64,000 bases of DNA from Bugula neritina (Eukaryota; Animalia; Bryozoa). This document shows, piece by piece, positions 12,450 through 25,299 of the stretch. The notes below the pieces were generated by a model, which was not told the origin of the DNA, searched no databases, and saw only the letters and a list, made by a program, of their open reading frames with translations. Location of the stretch: assembly GCA_964035545.1 (NCBI GenBank), contig OZ037765.1, positions 7,450,698 to 7,514,697 on the forward strand, read 5' to 3'. The stretch's first letter is position 1; each line of letters opens with the position of its first letter. A program made the position numbers and the translations under genes.

Positions 12450-13550
12450 AATTATTATACTTGTAGTATTAGTATTACTATTTCAATTTGCTATGCTTAA
12501 TCCTAAGATATACTTGTAGTAATAGTATGCACTACGTTACTGTGCAAATAAAGTAAAAATCAACTACTACTAGCAGTAGCTATACCGTATGGCCGTGGCG
12601 TATAACTATAGGTATAGACTTACTCTTAGAGTATAGTAATAGTAATACTAATAGTAATAACTAAATAAGTAATAGTTATACCTCCGTACACAGATATTGA
12701 TACTCATTAATCATTAATGATTAAATTTAAAATTAATGAGCTACGTCTACGACTATTTTTACCCTAGTTACTGTTAAAGTCTAACTCTAACTCTAAGCAT
12801 TAAATTTAATTATGATTGCGGATATCAGTAAGTCGCATAATCTTAAAGTTAAAGTTAATGCAATGGTAATGATAATCATTAACATTACAGTTTAAGTTAG
12901 TAAGTTACGATTATCATGACTAAGTCATTGTCATTAAGTTTAACATTAGCCAATTAGGGTTAAGAATAAGTTTAACTTTCAGCGTAATACTGATCGCCGG
13001 TCATGAACAAATATTTATTTATATTATTATTATTATTATTAATTTTAATATTATAAATTATTTTCATAATGATAATCATAATGTATTTGTTCAGTATAAT
13101 GATAAGTATAAACTGCACACTTAAAGTATTAGTAAAATAATAAAGTGACTATAACTATTAGTATTACTACAAGCATAACTTTTACTATAAGTATAACTCA
13201 GTATTAGTAATAGTATAAGATTGAGCATAGGAGTATAGCTCTGTAGAAATATTAGTATTGCAGTTACTAGTATTACTATTATTGGCATTGCCAAGTATAA
13301 CTATAAGACTAATAGTAATATTGTAATAAGTATAATATAAAATTAAATAAAATAAAAATCATATGCTTGAAGTTGAGCTTGAAATTAAATGTAATAAGTT
13401 TGGCATTTTTATAGTCATAATCATAATGAATAATCATTATAATGATACTAACTATCAAGTTGTTATTATGATTAATAATAAGATAATTTTATCATTAGAA
13501 CTAGAAGTTTATCATTAAATATAATATTTATTAAATTTGTATTACGACAA
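12450..13550. repeat. 6-bp-periodic degenerate (ANTNNN)n tract in the presumed NDUFA9 5'UTR intron
   Basis: e.g. AGTATAGTAATAGTAATACTAATAGTAATAACT; CTAACTCTAACTCTAAG; TAAAGTTAAAGTTAATG; AGTCATAATCATAATGA. Confidence 0.8.
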
Positions 13551-14253
13551 TGAGTAACATTATCAGAACAACGTTTTATATGTCGCTTTAGGCTGCTAAA
13601 AGCGCCTGCTCTCCAGTTGCAGTATAAAAACCGTTTTTGTAGTCTTGGCATTGTAGCACTGATTCAACAACATTTTACACCTCCGTGTATACATCTAATA
13701 TGTGCAACTGTGTTTATCAAAGCTATAGTATTCCTTATTTAATGATGGTAACTGTAAGTCATGGCCTGGCACTTTCATGTTTCAACGTTTGTTAAATCAT
13801 TATTATTTAAATCCTAAATCATTAATTATTTCGCTGCTACTAATACTGGTCGTATTATTGTAACAAATGTTTAGGTTTTCACTGTTGAGTGAAAGTGTAT
13901 CAACAATGATTATATTGTCATTCAACTGTTTTCTATGAATCTTATAGAAAATAGCTCTATTACCAAAGTAAATGGCAGGCTTGTGCAGGCAAGCAGCCTG
14001 TGCATTGCAAGCACCTTTGACAGCAACCACACCTAAAGGTACTATATTTATTTACATGCATATATCTTTTTGAGAGTACTGAACAGTAAATGAAACATAC
14101 TCATTTCTAAAATAAAGCATTTCAACATAACTTTAGACTAACAAAGTTGATATATCTAGATAATATAGTTGTGAGTACACTAGGTCAGCAATTAACTTTT
14201 GCAAAGTCACTCTTTAATTGGTTGCTTTCCACTATTTTATTCACTCCACTGCT

Positions 14254-14990
14254 TTACTCAGCTTTGCATGTGCTACAAATTATGATGTTCCAGATTCTGA
14301 TCTTCAGCTTCTGCCTCTCTGGTTGTTTTGACTGATTTCTTGTGGGCTTCATTCTATCTATAACAAAGAATAATAACTTAAATGAATTTGAGTTTTAATA
14401 TAGCCAAATAATTTTTACTTATATTGATAGCTCAACATTAGTAAGCTAATTCAGGAAACTTTTGATTGAATAATTATGCACTTACAATAATACACTGTTC
14501 TGCAATCACTGACTTCATCTATTTCAAAGACTCTGCCATCAATTCCATCTTTGCTTAGATTGATTCTAATTTCCTCTCCTGTGTCCAAAGATATCTCACT
14601 GGTGCTTTTGGCAGGCATCTTTCTTGTCTTGGCCATGTCGCTGTTGGTCATTAGCTTAATTTCACCAGTTTGCTCTGAACTTGTTTCAGCGATATCTTCG
14701 GCTAATGCTTTTGTACCTTCCTTCTCCTTGTATGTAATAGCCTTTTGCAGAAAGTTGTTATAAATCCGTTGAATTATGGAGGCAGGTATGAAGGTGTGGC
14801 TAGTTTTCCAAAGGCCACATTTGCTTTTCCATTTGACTTTTCGTTCTTTCACTTTTAATTCTAAGTGTCTTTACAGAGCTTCATTAATTCTGCTTTTGTA
14901 GATGGCGAAGGTCACGTGTCTCAGTTGACATTTCATTTGACTTTTCATTCTTTCTCTTTTAATTCTAAGTGTCTTTACTAGGTTTTTGCT
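14254..14990 (-). other. Unknown spliced ORF or decaying gene, antisense within the NDUFA9 5' intron (copy 1)
   Basis: Open frame 14852-14486, donor GTAAGT at ~14485, acceptor TTGTTATAG at ~14358, last exon YRMKPTRNQSKQPERQKLKIRIWNIIICSTCKAE*; no clean start codon found. Confidence 0.45.
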
Positions 14991-16181
14991 GCAAAATTTA
15001 AAACAGTATGTGCAGATACATTGTAGCATTTTATGTCTACTTTTTATAACAACTATAAACTGAATAGAAACAAATTCTCAAGTAAACTTTTATAATTAAT
15101 ATTAAATAGTAATGGATACCAGTATCAGCTTAATGTGATGAACTTTAACTATTGAAGTGAAATAATTAGCCGGTTGAGGTTACTCACCATACTAGAAAAA
15201 CCAGGCAATACACCATTGTAGTAAATACACCTTGTAACAACCTGATAAGTCAATTCTCATTATAATTCAAATATTGAATAAAGGTCCAAAGATTAACAAG
15301 AAACTCCATGTTAAAATGTATTTGTAAAATATACTGGTTCTATAAGGTTGACAGCAACTTAGTGTAGCATTAAGTGCATGACATGAAGTAAATCATTGTA
15401 TGGTGTAAAGCAAAACATAAACACTGGACTCTTTAGTAATGTTATAATGCTATAGTTAGATGAATGAGGAATTTTAAAAATTATAAATTTTTATATAAGA
15501 ATGAATTAGGATGAATATCCACCCAAACTATGGCAGTATAATTATTTAAGCATCAAGAGCAAAAATTGCAAAGAAACTTATTAGTTCAAAAAATATCAAG
15601 TGTAGAGCCAAGAATAAGCAGAGTTCCATTTAATGGATGTGTGTAGATATAGTCTTGGTACAATATGCAGATTCAGCTCGTTTCTTATAGCTACTGCTAT
15701 TAGAATAAAACCTTCCAACATGTACTTCTGCAGAGATTACATGAAGTCCTATGAGCTTTTTCTGTGAAGGAGTTGAAGCTTTTGTAATTATACTTGATGT
15801 CAAATAGAATTTTTGACTTTTCTACGATAACATTTGCAGTAAACAGGCTCACTACATATTTATATTATATAGATAGTCCAAAACAGTTTCAAATCTCACC
15901 CTAAGCAAATTGGAGAAAATTAGTTTCATTTTTCATACTTAGAGATTTCTAATAACTATTAAAAACAGCTGGCAATTCATGTATTAATTTATGAATCACC
16001 TGTAAAGTGTTGCTTTGTGTTTGTGAATGTGCGTGTAATAAAATTAAAATTATTTGTAGCTGAAGTTTCTTGAAAAAAATAACTTTAAGATAGGATTTCT
16101 GTTTGTTGAAAAGGGGTTTATACATAAGCAACAACAAACTTCTGATGAATAAAGCTGAATACATGTTTTTAATTTTTCTAG

Positions 16182-19100
16182 ATGCTCTACATATTTGCTA
16201 GAAAATCTGATAAGATGTGTGTGAATGTTTCAGGTAGAATTTCGTCTGAGAGGTTTAAATGACTTTCACCAACATATTTAATTATTTCAAAATGTTACAT
16301 GTTGCAATTAGAGAGTTGCTGGTAAAGTTCTAGAATGATTATTATAAATTGTAGCTCTGTTGAGTCGAGGGCAGCCATGTTGTTCTACACTGCTGACAAA
16401 CAGGAGAGGTAAAAGTGACCTGACTGCCTACAAACGAGGCAGAGGTGGAAGATCTTCATTCAGTGGGATCGTAGCAACAGTGTTTGGTGCTTCTGGATTC
16501 CTGGGCCGATATGTTGTAAACCAGCTGGGTAATATATTGTTGTATCAGCATTACAATTAATTGTCATTTAGGGACAGCAGTAGAGAAATTGAGATAGCCT
16601 AAGCTCTTTAATTTCATTATTAAAATTTGGTTTGGGGCGCGGTTGCATAACTTCTTATGCTACATTTCTTATCTAGAACTCAGGCTTTTCTCAATTTCTC
16701 CATTACTGCCCTTACCTCCAGTTTGTGCTTTGTGTGTTTGGTAGTAAATGTTTTTGTTGTTGATTATTTAAAATGTTGGAGTTGATTTTACTTTTAGGTA
16801 AAATAGGAGCCCAGGTGGTGATACCATATAGATGTCCAGAGTATGACGTTGATCACCTCAAACTCATGGGAGACTTGGGTCAAATATTATTTACTCCGTT
16901 CTACCTCCGAGATGAGGCGTCCATAAGAAAAGCAATGAAGTATTCTAATGTTGTCATCAACCTTGTTGGCAGAGAGTGGGAGACCAAGTAAGTGATAAAC
17001 TTAATACGGAAAACTTGTATTGTGTTATAGCCAGCTCACTGTGATTCAGCTAAACTGATAGTAAAGTTAAATTGAAACTTGACTGCCTCTTCACAGGTCA
17101 GCTGTATATGACTGTTGTTGGTAGCTACTTTCTGCATCAGTTGATCATTTAGCCTTGTTGCTGAACATAGGGATATTTTTTATGACTGAATGAGGTTCAC
17201 CAACAATGATGCTAAAATCATCACAGAAACTTGTGTTTTACTACTCATAAATGTTCAAAAAATGAACAAAATGTAGCAAGATTTGAAAAATATCTAATTA
17301 CTTTGATTTATAATTATTAACATTTCAATACTTTAAGGCAAAAAACACATGGTGATAGCAGCTAGGATTTTATAAGATTGGCGACAAACTTGATATATTA
17401 AACTTTAAAGGCATAGCAAATAAAGTAAAATGTATTGCAGTTACAAATTACAATAGAAAGTATTTAATTTTTTAAAAATATCCTATTGCTAATAACATTA
17501 GCCGGTTATGCTGAAGCTTCAGTCTCTCATTAGTTTCTATGTACAAGCTGACAGTGTATCTAGTATATTATATATATATTTAGTCATAAACAACCATTTG
17601 GAGTTTTGTTATCAATTTCAGGAACTTTACATTTGATGACGTGCACGTAGCTGGCGCAGAGCTCATTGCCCGTGTTGCAGCAGAACAGCGTGTAGAGAAA
17701 CTCATTCATCTATCAGCTATAAATGCTTCCGACCCTCAGTACACACTGTGGAATAAGGCCTCTCAGTTTACTGTTAGCAAGGTGAGCTGGTCTTGTCTTC
17801 TATTATTGCATTTGACCTTTACCCTTGTACCTCTCACGTTGTAGCATAGTGGGGTTTTGGTGCTGTTGTTCGTTTTGGAGCTTGGCTGTTGAAGAATCTC
17901 TGACACACTTCATTTATTTATAATGACATATTTTATTATAAAATTCGGGATATAGTAAAATGCCGGATTTAACTTGCAGAGCTGTTAAATTCAGTGTCCG
18001 GTCAAAATGGTGCAGTTAATAATGACACAAGTAATAATGGCACAAATGGAAAAGTAGGTAAAAATGGCACATTTTCAATATTAGGGTTTGTGGTAAGGGT
18101 TTAATTGGCTTGGGGATGGGGTTTGAGTTTGGGGTTTAGGAAAATTTAGCATCAGTTTGCCATTTTTACCTACTTGCCATTTGTGCCGTTTTTACCTGTG
18201 CCTCTTCTACCTAAAATCATTGAATTTAGCCATTTTGTCCCGATACAGACATACATAAACCACAAAACTAGGATTCAAGCCCTTCTCGTGACCTATGGAA
18301 TTTCGTGAGAAATGGATCCATGAGATATGAAGGGGAATACTCTATATAAATATTTGAATACTGCATAGATAAAGTATGCCAGGGATTCTTTAAGTTGTTG
18401 ATGTTATATCTAATAGGTCTATCTACAAATGAGTTATTATATTTATATGGCGGTTGGTGATCACCAACTCTTCATTATGCTGTAGGGTAAGGGTGAACAA
18501 GCTGTAAAAGATCAGTTCCCAGAAGCTGTTATAATGAGACCATCAGATATGTGGGGTGATGAAGATCGATACCTCAATTATTACGCTAGTCACTGTAAGT
18601 ACTATCACTAGAACATAATAATTGACTGTTTAAATGCTGTCTTACTCTGTTTTTCTATGTGGAACTTCAGAAAAATGTATTTCTTTAAATTTGATGTTAC
18701 AGTAAAGTAGTTTGAAATTGGGCAGTGAAAGTAGGATTTTATTCACCAATGTTCTTAATTATTATCCATGTTGAAATAATTTGTAAGTATAGCCCTACAA
18801 TTCATCTCCCGGTAAACAAAGATACAGCTATTATTTTCAGAACTGATTCACTTTTTGTGATCTTTACACATATCCTACACAGTTTTACACACATATGATC
18901 TGTGAAAGCTTATAGTAATTTAACATCCAATTGTGTTAATACATTGTAGACAGGAGGCACTTTAATTCCTTTCCTTTGTGGCAAAAAGGCGAAAATACTA
19001 TAAAGCAACCAGTTGATGTAAGTTGTACACATGCAATTTTTTCTCTCTCCTATCTCCGATTTGTCCTGTTCGCATATTAGACACATGCAATTCAATAATA

Positions 19101-20687
19101 CTATACAAATCATGAGTTTATAATAGATAAAATTAAATTGTACAACAGTTTTTCTTCAATCATGTTTTTACAGTTTGTCGAAATACTGAAAGAGCTGATG
19201 TGCATCTTGTAAGGTAGAGATTTTCTTGTGCAATATTTTAGCACATGAAAATCTTTTGCTGACCTGACCCTGTTTCAAGTTTCATTCAAATTATTTTTAT
19301 GTTATACTATTATTCACAAATAACCCTATTATCATGAGCTATAGGTATTTTTATATTTGCTTCTACTAACAGGTACGAAATGTAGCTCAAGGCATTATTA
19401 AAGCTATTACAGAAAAAGGCACAAATGGCACCACCTTTGAATGTGTAGGGTAAGCTGAGATTTGAGTTTGTTAAGAAATTTTAGTATGCCTTTAGATGTT
19501 TAAACCATAATGTATTATTATAATAAATTATTAAATATGTATCATTTCTTTTAGGCCATCAAGTTACTATTTATCTGATTTAGTCGACTATTATTTTGAT
19601 GAGATGAGGATGGGTCACATCAGAAAGATCCCAATTTTACCTTCTTTCATGTAAGTCACTCGTATAAAACAAGAAAGTAGTTTTTTGCTAAAATACTGTA
19701 AGTACACTATTATATAAGTGCGAATCTTTTACCTTGTTCACTATTTTAATGTGCATTCGATATTGAAAGACGTTGGAGAGTATTTTACCATTTCTGTGCT
19801 ATGATCTTACATATTTCTATGCTGATATATATTTATAGGTTGAAAGCGCAGGTCTGTGAGACTATTTTCCCTGCTACTCCACCTATGTCTAGAGATAAAC
19901 TCATCAGGGTATGTAGACATGACATTGATTGAAGTCACAAGAATCGTTTTAATAAACTGATTTGTTCCATTGAGCTGCAAATGTATTGTGTAATAGACCC
20001 TTTTCAAAGGTCTCCGATGTCCCCTTTACAATTAAGAGTTGTGTCCTCCCAAAGCAAATAGGTAGGTTGAATCTTTGTATAAAGAGCCAACTGATTAAAA
20101 ATATAACGTTTGACTGATACTTAAAATTCTAATTATGTATGCTATAGAATTGTTCTTTTAAGAGATAGATATTTTGATATAAGCACACATATTAGCAGTA
20201 CAAAAAAATTTGAAAAAGTTTCTTCGTGGAGAATTTTGAAAAAATAAACTTGAAAGCATGTTTGTGGATTTGGTTATTGAGCAATGGTAAAGTGGCACGT
20301 CTGCATTGCTCAGCAACCAAAACCACAAAAATGAGTTCAAGCTTATTTTGTTCAAAAGTTTTTATCTTGGGAGGACACAACTCTTAATTGTAAGGGGGAC
20401 ATCGGGGTCCTCTGAAAAGGATCTATTATTGAGTAAAATTATATACAAACCGCAGTTGCTGTACTAGTAATGTGTCCTTTTAGGAAGCCAGCTCTGATAT
20501 TCTCACTGGCTGTCCTACATTGGAGGACCTGGGAGTGAAACCCAGTCCTCTGGAGCCTGCTGCCAGATATCTATTGAAAGTTCACAGGGATAGTCCAGAA
20601 TATGAAGATAGTTTAGGAGAGATCGACGATGCACCCCCACCCCCTACAGTTGCAGAGATTGAGGAGGCTAAAAAAGTTTACTTTTAG
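16182..20687 (+). CDS. NDUFA9: NADH:ubiquinone oxidoreductase subunit A9 (39 kDa, SDR fold), 10 coding exons
   Basis: Exons ~16182-16233, 16355-16528, 16798-16987, 17622-17781, 18486-18594, 18950-19017, 19373-19449, 19555-19630, 19839-19907, 20484-20687. Motifs [62 protein letters not shown]. The first exon is the least certain. Confidence 0.93.
17998..18218. mobile_element. Small non-autonomous DNA element with inverted subterminal repeats and a G-rich telomere-like core
   Basis: GGCACAAATGG..AAGTAGGTAAAAATGGCA versus TGCCATTTTTACCTACTTGCCATTTGTGCC, flanking TTAGGGTTTGTGGTAAGGG...GGGGATGGGGTTTGAGTTTGGGGTTTAGG. Confidence 0.6.
19991..20428. mobile_element. MITE with ~60-bp terminal inverted repeats in the last NDUFA9 intron
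   Basis: TAATAGACCCTTTTCA..CCGATGTCCCCTTTACAATTAAGAGTTGTGTCCTCCCAA versus TTGGGAGGACACAACTCTTAATTGTAAGGGGGACATCGG..TGAAAAGGATCTATTA; right end also kept in copy 2 (~25920-25995). Confidence 0.8.
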
Positions 20688-20871
20688 GATTCATCTTTAA
20701 GCATTTTTTTTGGTTTGTTATGTGTAGAGTATTTCGACTATGAAGAGTTGAGTGGAACTTTTATTCACATTTATTCCTAACACCATCAGTAATTTGCAGT
20801 GTTGTCTTTGAAGAAAGTATTTTGTAAAAATCGCTTGTTTTTACCAATAAATAAATTACTATCTTATATAC

Positions 20872-21280
20872 TATTTTTTTGGCTAGGAAACATTGTCGTG
20901 AAGTGATTGTAAAGTAAGTTTTCAGTGATACAGCTGTGCAAGTTTTTATTAATACATGCAACAACAAAAAACCAATGGAAAGAAAATCTACAATAATTAC
21001 CTGCTGCCCTCAGCAATTCTGACATCCTCAACTTCTTGTTATCATAAACAGAGACCAATCATCCTAAATGAAACCAGCAATTAATTGGGAAAAGTTCCAA
21101 ACAAAATAAAACTTTTGCTGTGAATTGATGATGTACTGAAAGTGTTTCACCTCTATGAGTGGCTCATCTTTGATATGAGGAGCTGCTTGGATTATCAGTT
21201 TGTCTGATTTTTTTCACCATTCTACTTTGACCAACTGTAGGCCATAGCGGAAACTGTGAGCCCCATCTGTTGGTATAAAG
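20872..21280 (-). pseudogene. Duplicated, deleted remnant of DNAI7 3' exons
   Basis: 21150-21278 matches exon 27002-27130; 21000-21066 matches exon 26806-26907 with internal deletions; last coding exon missing. Confidence 0.88.
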
Positions 21281-21719
21281 CTTTGGCTATTTTGCCTCAG
21301 CATTATAGCACTAATCAAACAATACTTTGCACTTCTAATTCCATGCATACAATTAATATTTTAAACTGTATCACAGCTATAGTATTCCTTATTTAGTGTC
21401 AGTAACTGTGAGCCATAGCCTGCAGCACTTTCAACTTATTTTTGTATTTATAATTATTTTGCTGCTACTAGTATTGGTCATAATTGCAACAAATGTGTAA
21501 TTCCTCACTGTTAAGTGAAAGTGTAACGATAATGTGTATATATTCGTTCAACTGTTTTCTATGAATCTTATAGAGAATAGCTCCATGGCAGGCTTGTTGT
21601 CATTATATGATAGTTGAATATATTGTAAGCTTATCTCATTTATTGGATCTATATAAATACTGTGTTTTATATGATAATTCATCCACCCTAATATAAATCA
21701 GTAAATGATTCACATCCTA

Positions 21720-23433
21720 CAGTGCTGTGAAAAGTTTTTAAGGATGCTTGCAGAATTTCTATGTATCTTGTTTAGTAGGCATTTCTGGTAAGTTCTTGGT
21801 ATTTTCCTGTAAGTTCTATATATCAAAATGGCCCCTAGAATGTGCACATGTTTATAAATTGCTACTGTTGTGATGTTTTCCACCCATTTTCGAGCTAACT
21901 ACACAAGCAGCTAGGAAAGCGCAACTCCTGTATTTTTATGTTCCCAAAGTTTATCACTTTTGATAACCACAAAAGGCTAAACAGTGAAATTTGACTTTGT
22001 GCATGGCATCATGATATCATAAAGTATGACTTTCCTCCATAATTTGAAATCTGTCATTAAGTTGTGAGCTTTACATGGTGTCTACTTGGGTGCTGCACAG
22101 AGACAAAATGAGAGCAGTAAATCTTAGTTCAGAAGCAAGGTTTGTAATAATTTTCTTGCATAAGGAAGGTTATTCAATTAGGAAAATATTTGAATAGGTT
22201 GGCAAAAGCAAAGACAATTGTACGTCAAATTATCAAGAAGTTTATGGATGTGTAGCAGATCGACCTGGAAGTGGACGACCAAGAATAAGCACACCCAGAG
22301 ATAACAAGGTTCTCCTTGGGATCAGCAAAAATGATCATCATAAAACAAGTCCTGAGTTGGCTAAGAATGGTCAGAATCAACAGGAACAACAGTTCTGACA
22401 TCCCTGATAAGACGAAGATTGTTGAGCCATGGTCTACGTGGCTGCAAAGCAAAAAGAAAGCCTCTACTAACCGAGCTACGGTGGGCCAGGGAGTATGCTA
22501 GTTGGACGCTGAATGATTAGAAAAACAGTAATTATTTCAGATGAATCCACATTTAATCAATTAATGTGAACAATCAGGCTGGAAACTGTTTTGTTAGAAG
22601 ATACCAGTATGAGGAATATAACCCCTAATGTATTCGTCCAGCAATTAAGTACTCTATCAGTGTTATGTTCTGGGGTTGTATAACATCAAAAGGTGTAGGC
22701 CAACTCACTATTTGCTCTGGAATGATGTTATTGCCCAAAAATATATAGAGAATCTCAATGCTAAACTTCTTCCAATCACCAAAAAAAACTTCTTATTTTA
22801 AATGAAATTTACATATTTCAAGATGACATGCACTATGCCATCGGGCAAAAGACTTTTTAAGAGTGGATGAAAAAGCAGAGGGTCTCAACACTTAGCTTAC
22901 CAGCACAAAGCCCTGACTTGAACCCAATAAAAAAATTATGGCCCAGAATGGCTAAGGTAGTCTCTTCAAAGAAGCCAACAACTAAGGTGACACTCACATA
23001 GTCTGTAATTCATGCATGGTATCATGTTGTGACTGAAAACGAGTTGGAGAAGCTGTACGAGTCGATGCGACATGTGATATTAAGAATAACGGCTAGCCAA
23101 CAAAACATTGATGCTAAAATTTAAAGCACTGTGTGTTGCAATGCTGCTATAAGGTGTATAACAAATCACGTAGGTATATAATATTTTTCTATATTTTAAG
23201 TAAAATATTCTAATGTCATACAGTACACACAAATTGTGAGAGCATCAAATAATTCCCATATATGCATAGTATCTCATTGTTTCACCCAAATTTTGGAAGG
23301 AAGTAAAAAGAGACACTAATAATTTATATGAATGAGACAAGGAGATCTTGAGGATCATTTTGATAGGCACCATGCCTATGGAAATGCTTTTATTATGTTG
23401 TAAAATTAGTCCTTAAACTTTTGCACAGCACTG
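21720..23433 (+). mobile_element. Tc1/mariner DNA transposon (~1.7 kb) with a degenerate transposase
   Basis: TA-CAGTGCTGTGAAAAGTTTTTAAGGA ... TCCTTAAACTTTTGCACAGCACTG-TA (TIRs plus TA TSD). Remnants FSDES (~22535), VMFWGCITSKGVG (~22662), FQDD (~22817), PAQSPDLNPI..LW (~22900), with stops and frameshifts. Absent from duplication copy 1. Confidence 0.92.
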
Positions 23434-24081
23434 TATAAACGCCTACAAATGACTAAAATTAAAACTACACAAATTAGTTACAACAAATCAAGCCATTAAG
23501 ACGCTTGTGCAGGCAAGCACCTTTGACAGCAGCCACACCTATAAAGGTACTAAATTTATTTACATGCATATATCTTTTTGAGAGTATTGAACAGTAAATG
23601 AAACATACTCATTTCTTAAAAGAAATGATATATTTAATAAAGCAGCTTTTAGGTGCTTTATTCTGTCTTTAGCATGTAACTGGTAATTTCATGATCATAG
23701 TTATATTTAGTTATTATTCATCAGACACAACTTTAATATGTTGCATTGTATTACTGCCAATGTTATAATTGATCTGAGATTCAAGATACACATTTAGATT
23801 GTTTTGTGCAAATATAATTTTTAGCATTGTTGAATCTCCAAAAATGCAACAATGTGTAAACCAGAACAATTTAATAATATGTCGTATTTTCAAAGTTGCA
23901 AGATACTATGCATGCTATTGTATTGAAGAACATTTTTCACCACAACACTCGAACATGACTTTCGACTAGCAAAGTCCACCTATCTAGATAATATAGTTGT
24001 GAGTACACTGGGTCAGCTATTAACTTCTGCAAAGTCACTCTTTAATTAGTTGCCTTCCACTACTTTATTCATTTCACTACT

Positions 24082-24945
24082 TCACTCAGCTTTGCATGTG
24101 TTACAGATTATGATATTCCAGATTCTGGTCTTTAGCTTCTGCCTCTCTGGTTGTTTTGGCTGATTTATTGTAGGCTCCATTCTATCTATAACAAAGAACA
24201 ATAACTTAAATAAATTTGAGTTTCAATATATAGCCAAATAATTTTTACTTATATTGATAGCTCAACATTAGTAAGCTAATTTAGGAAACTTTTGACTGAA
24301 TAATTATGCACTTACAATACACTGTTCTGCAATCATTGACTTCATCTATTTCAAAGACTCTGCCATCAATTCCATCTTTGCTTAGTTTAATCTCAACTGT
24401 TCTTTGTTTTTTCTCTTCTGAGTTCAAAGATATCTCACTGATGCTTCTGGCAGGCATCTTTCTTGTCTTGGCTATGACGCTGTTGGTCATTGGATTACTT
24501 TCATCATTTGTTTGAGAAATACTCCCAGTTTATTTTGAACTTGTTTCAATGGTATCTTCGGCTAGTGCTTCTGCACCTTCCTTCTTATCCTTGTATGTAA
24601 TAGCCTTCTGCAGAAATTTGTTAAAATCCTGTTGAATTATGGAGGCTGGTATGAAGGTGTGGCTAGTTTTCCAAAGGCCACATTTGCCTTTCTATTTAAT
24701 TTTTTGTTCTTTCTCTTATAATTCTAAGTGTCTTTACTTGGTTTCTGCTCCTGTAGACTTAGCTGCTCTATGTTCTACTGCTCTACTTACAAAATTGTAA
24801 TTCAATTTTTGAATCAGTTGATAAAACAGAGCTTCATTAATTCTGCTCTTGTAGATGGCGAAGGCCACATATCTCATTTGACATTTCATTTGAGTTTTCA
24901 TTCTTTCTCTTTTAATTCTAAGTGTCTTTACTAGGGACTTACTGC
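24082..24945 (-). pseudogene. Copy 2 of the unknown antisense spliced ORF, with nonsense changes
   Basis: Same donor, acceptor and terminal ..ICNTCKAE*; in-frame indels versus copy 1, but TGG>TAG (~24693) and CAA>TAA (~24531). Confidence 0.6.
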
Positions 24946-25299
24946 AAATTTTATAAGAGATAGATGGCAGTTATGTATGAATTTTATAACAATTTATATA
25001 AATTTACATGCAGAGAAATAAATCTTCAATTGAACTTGTAACTAATATTAAATAGCAATGAATACCAGTATCTGCATAATGTGATAAAAACTTTAACTGT
25101 TAAAGTGAAATAATTAGCTGGTAAAGTTTACTTACTGTACTAGAAAACCCAGACTACATCATTGTAGTAAAGAAACTTTATAGAAACCCGATATGACAAT
25201 TATCATAAATCTAATAGATAAAAATGAACTGCATGTTAAAATGTGATGGATAAATATACTGGTCAAAAGCTTGACCCCAACTCAGCAAAACATAGTATA

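Noticed and set aside
12450-13550. Periodic tracts as coding sequence (3-nt periodicity)
   Set aside because: The ORF track shows no ORF of 60 aa or more here; the tracts are dense in TAA/TAG/TGA on both strands and lie in inferred introns
16140-16165. Other CTGATGA motifs (also minus strand at ~31850, ~40332, ~49357) as hammerheads
   Set aside because: No stem II plus GAAA plus stem III and stem I arrangement seen
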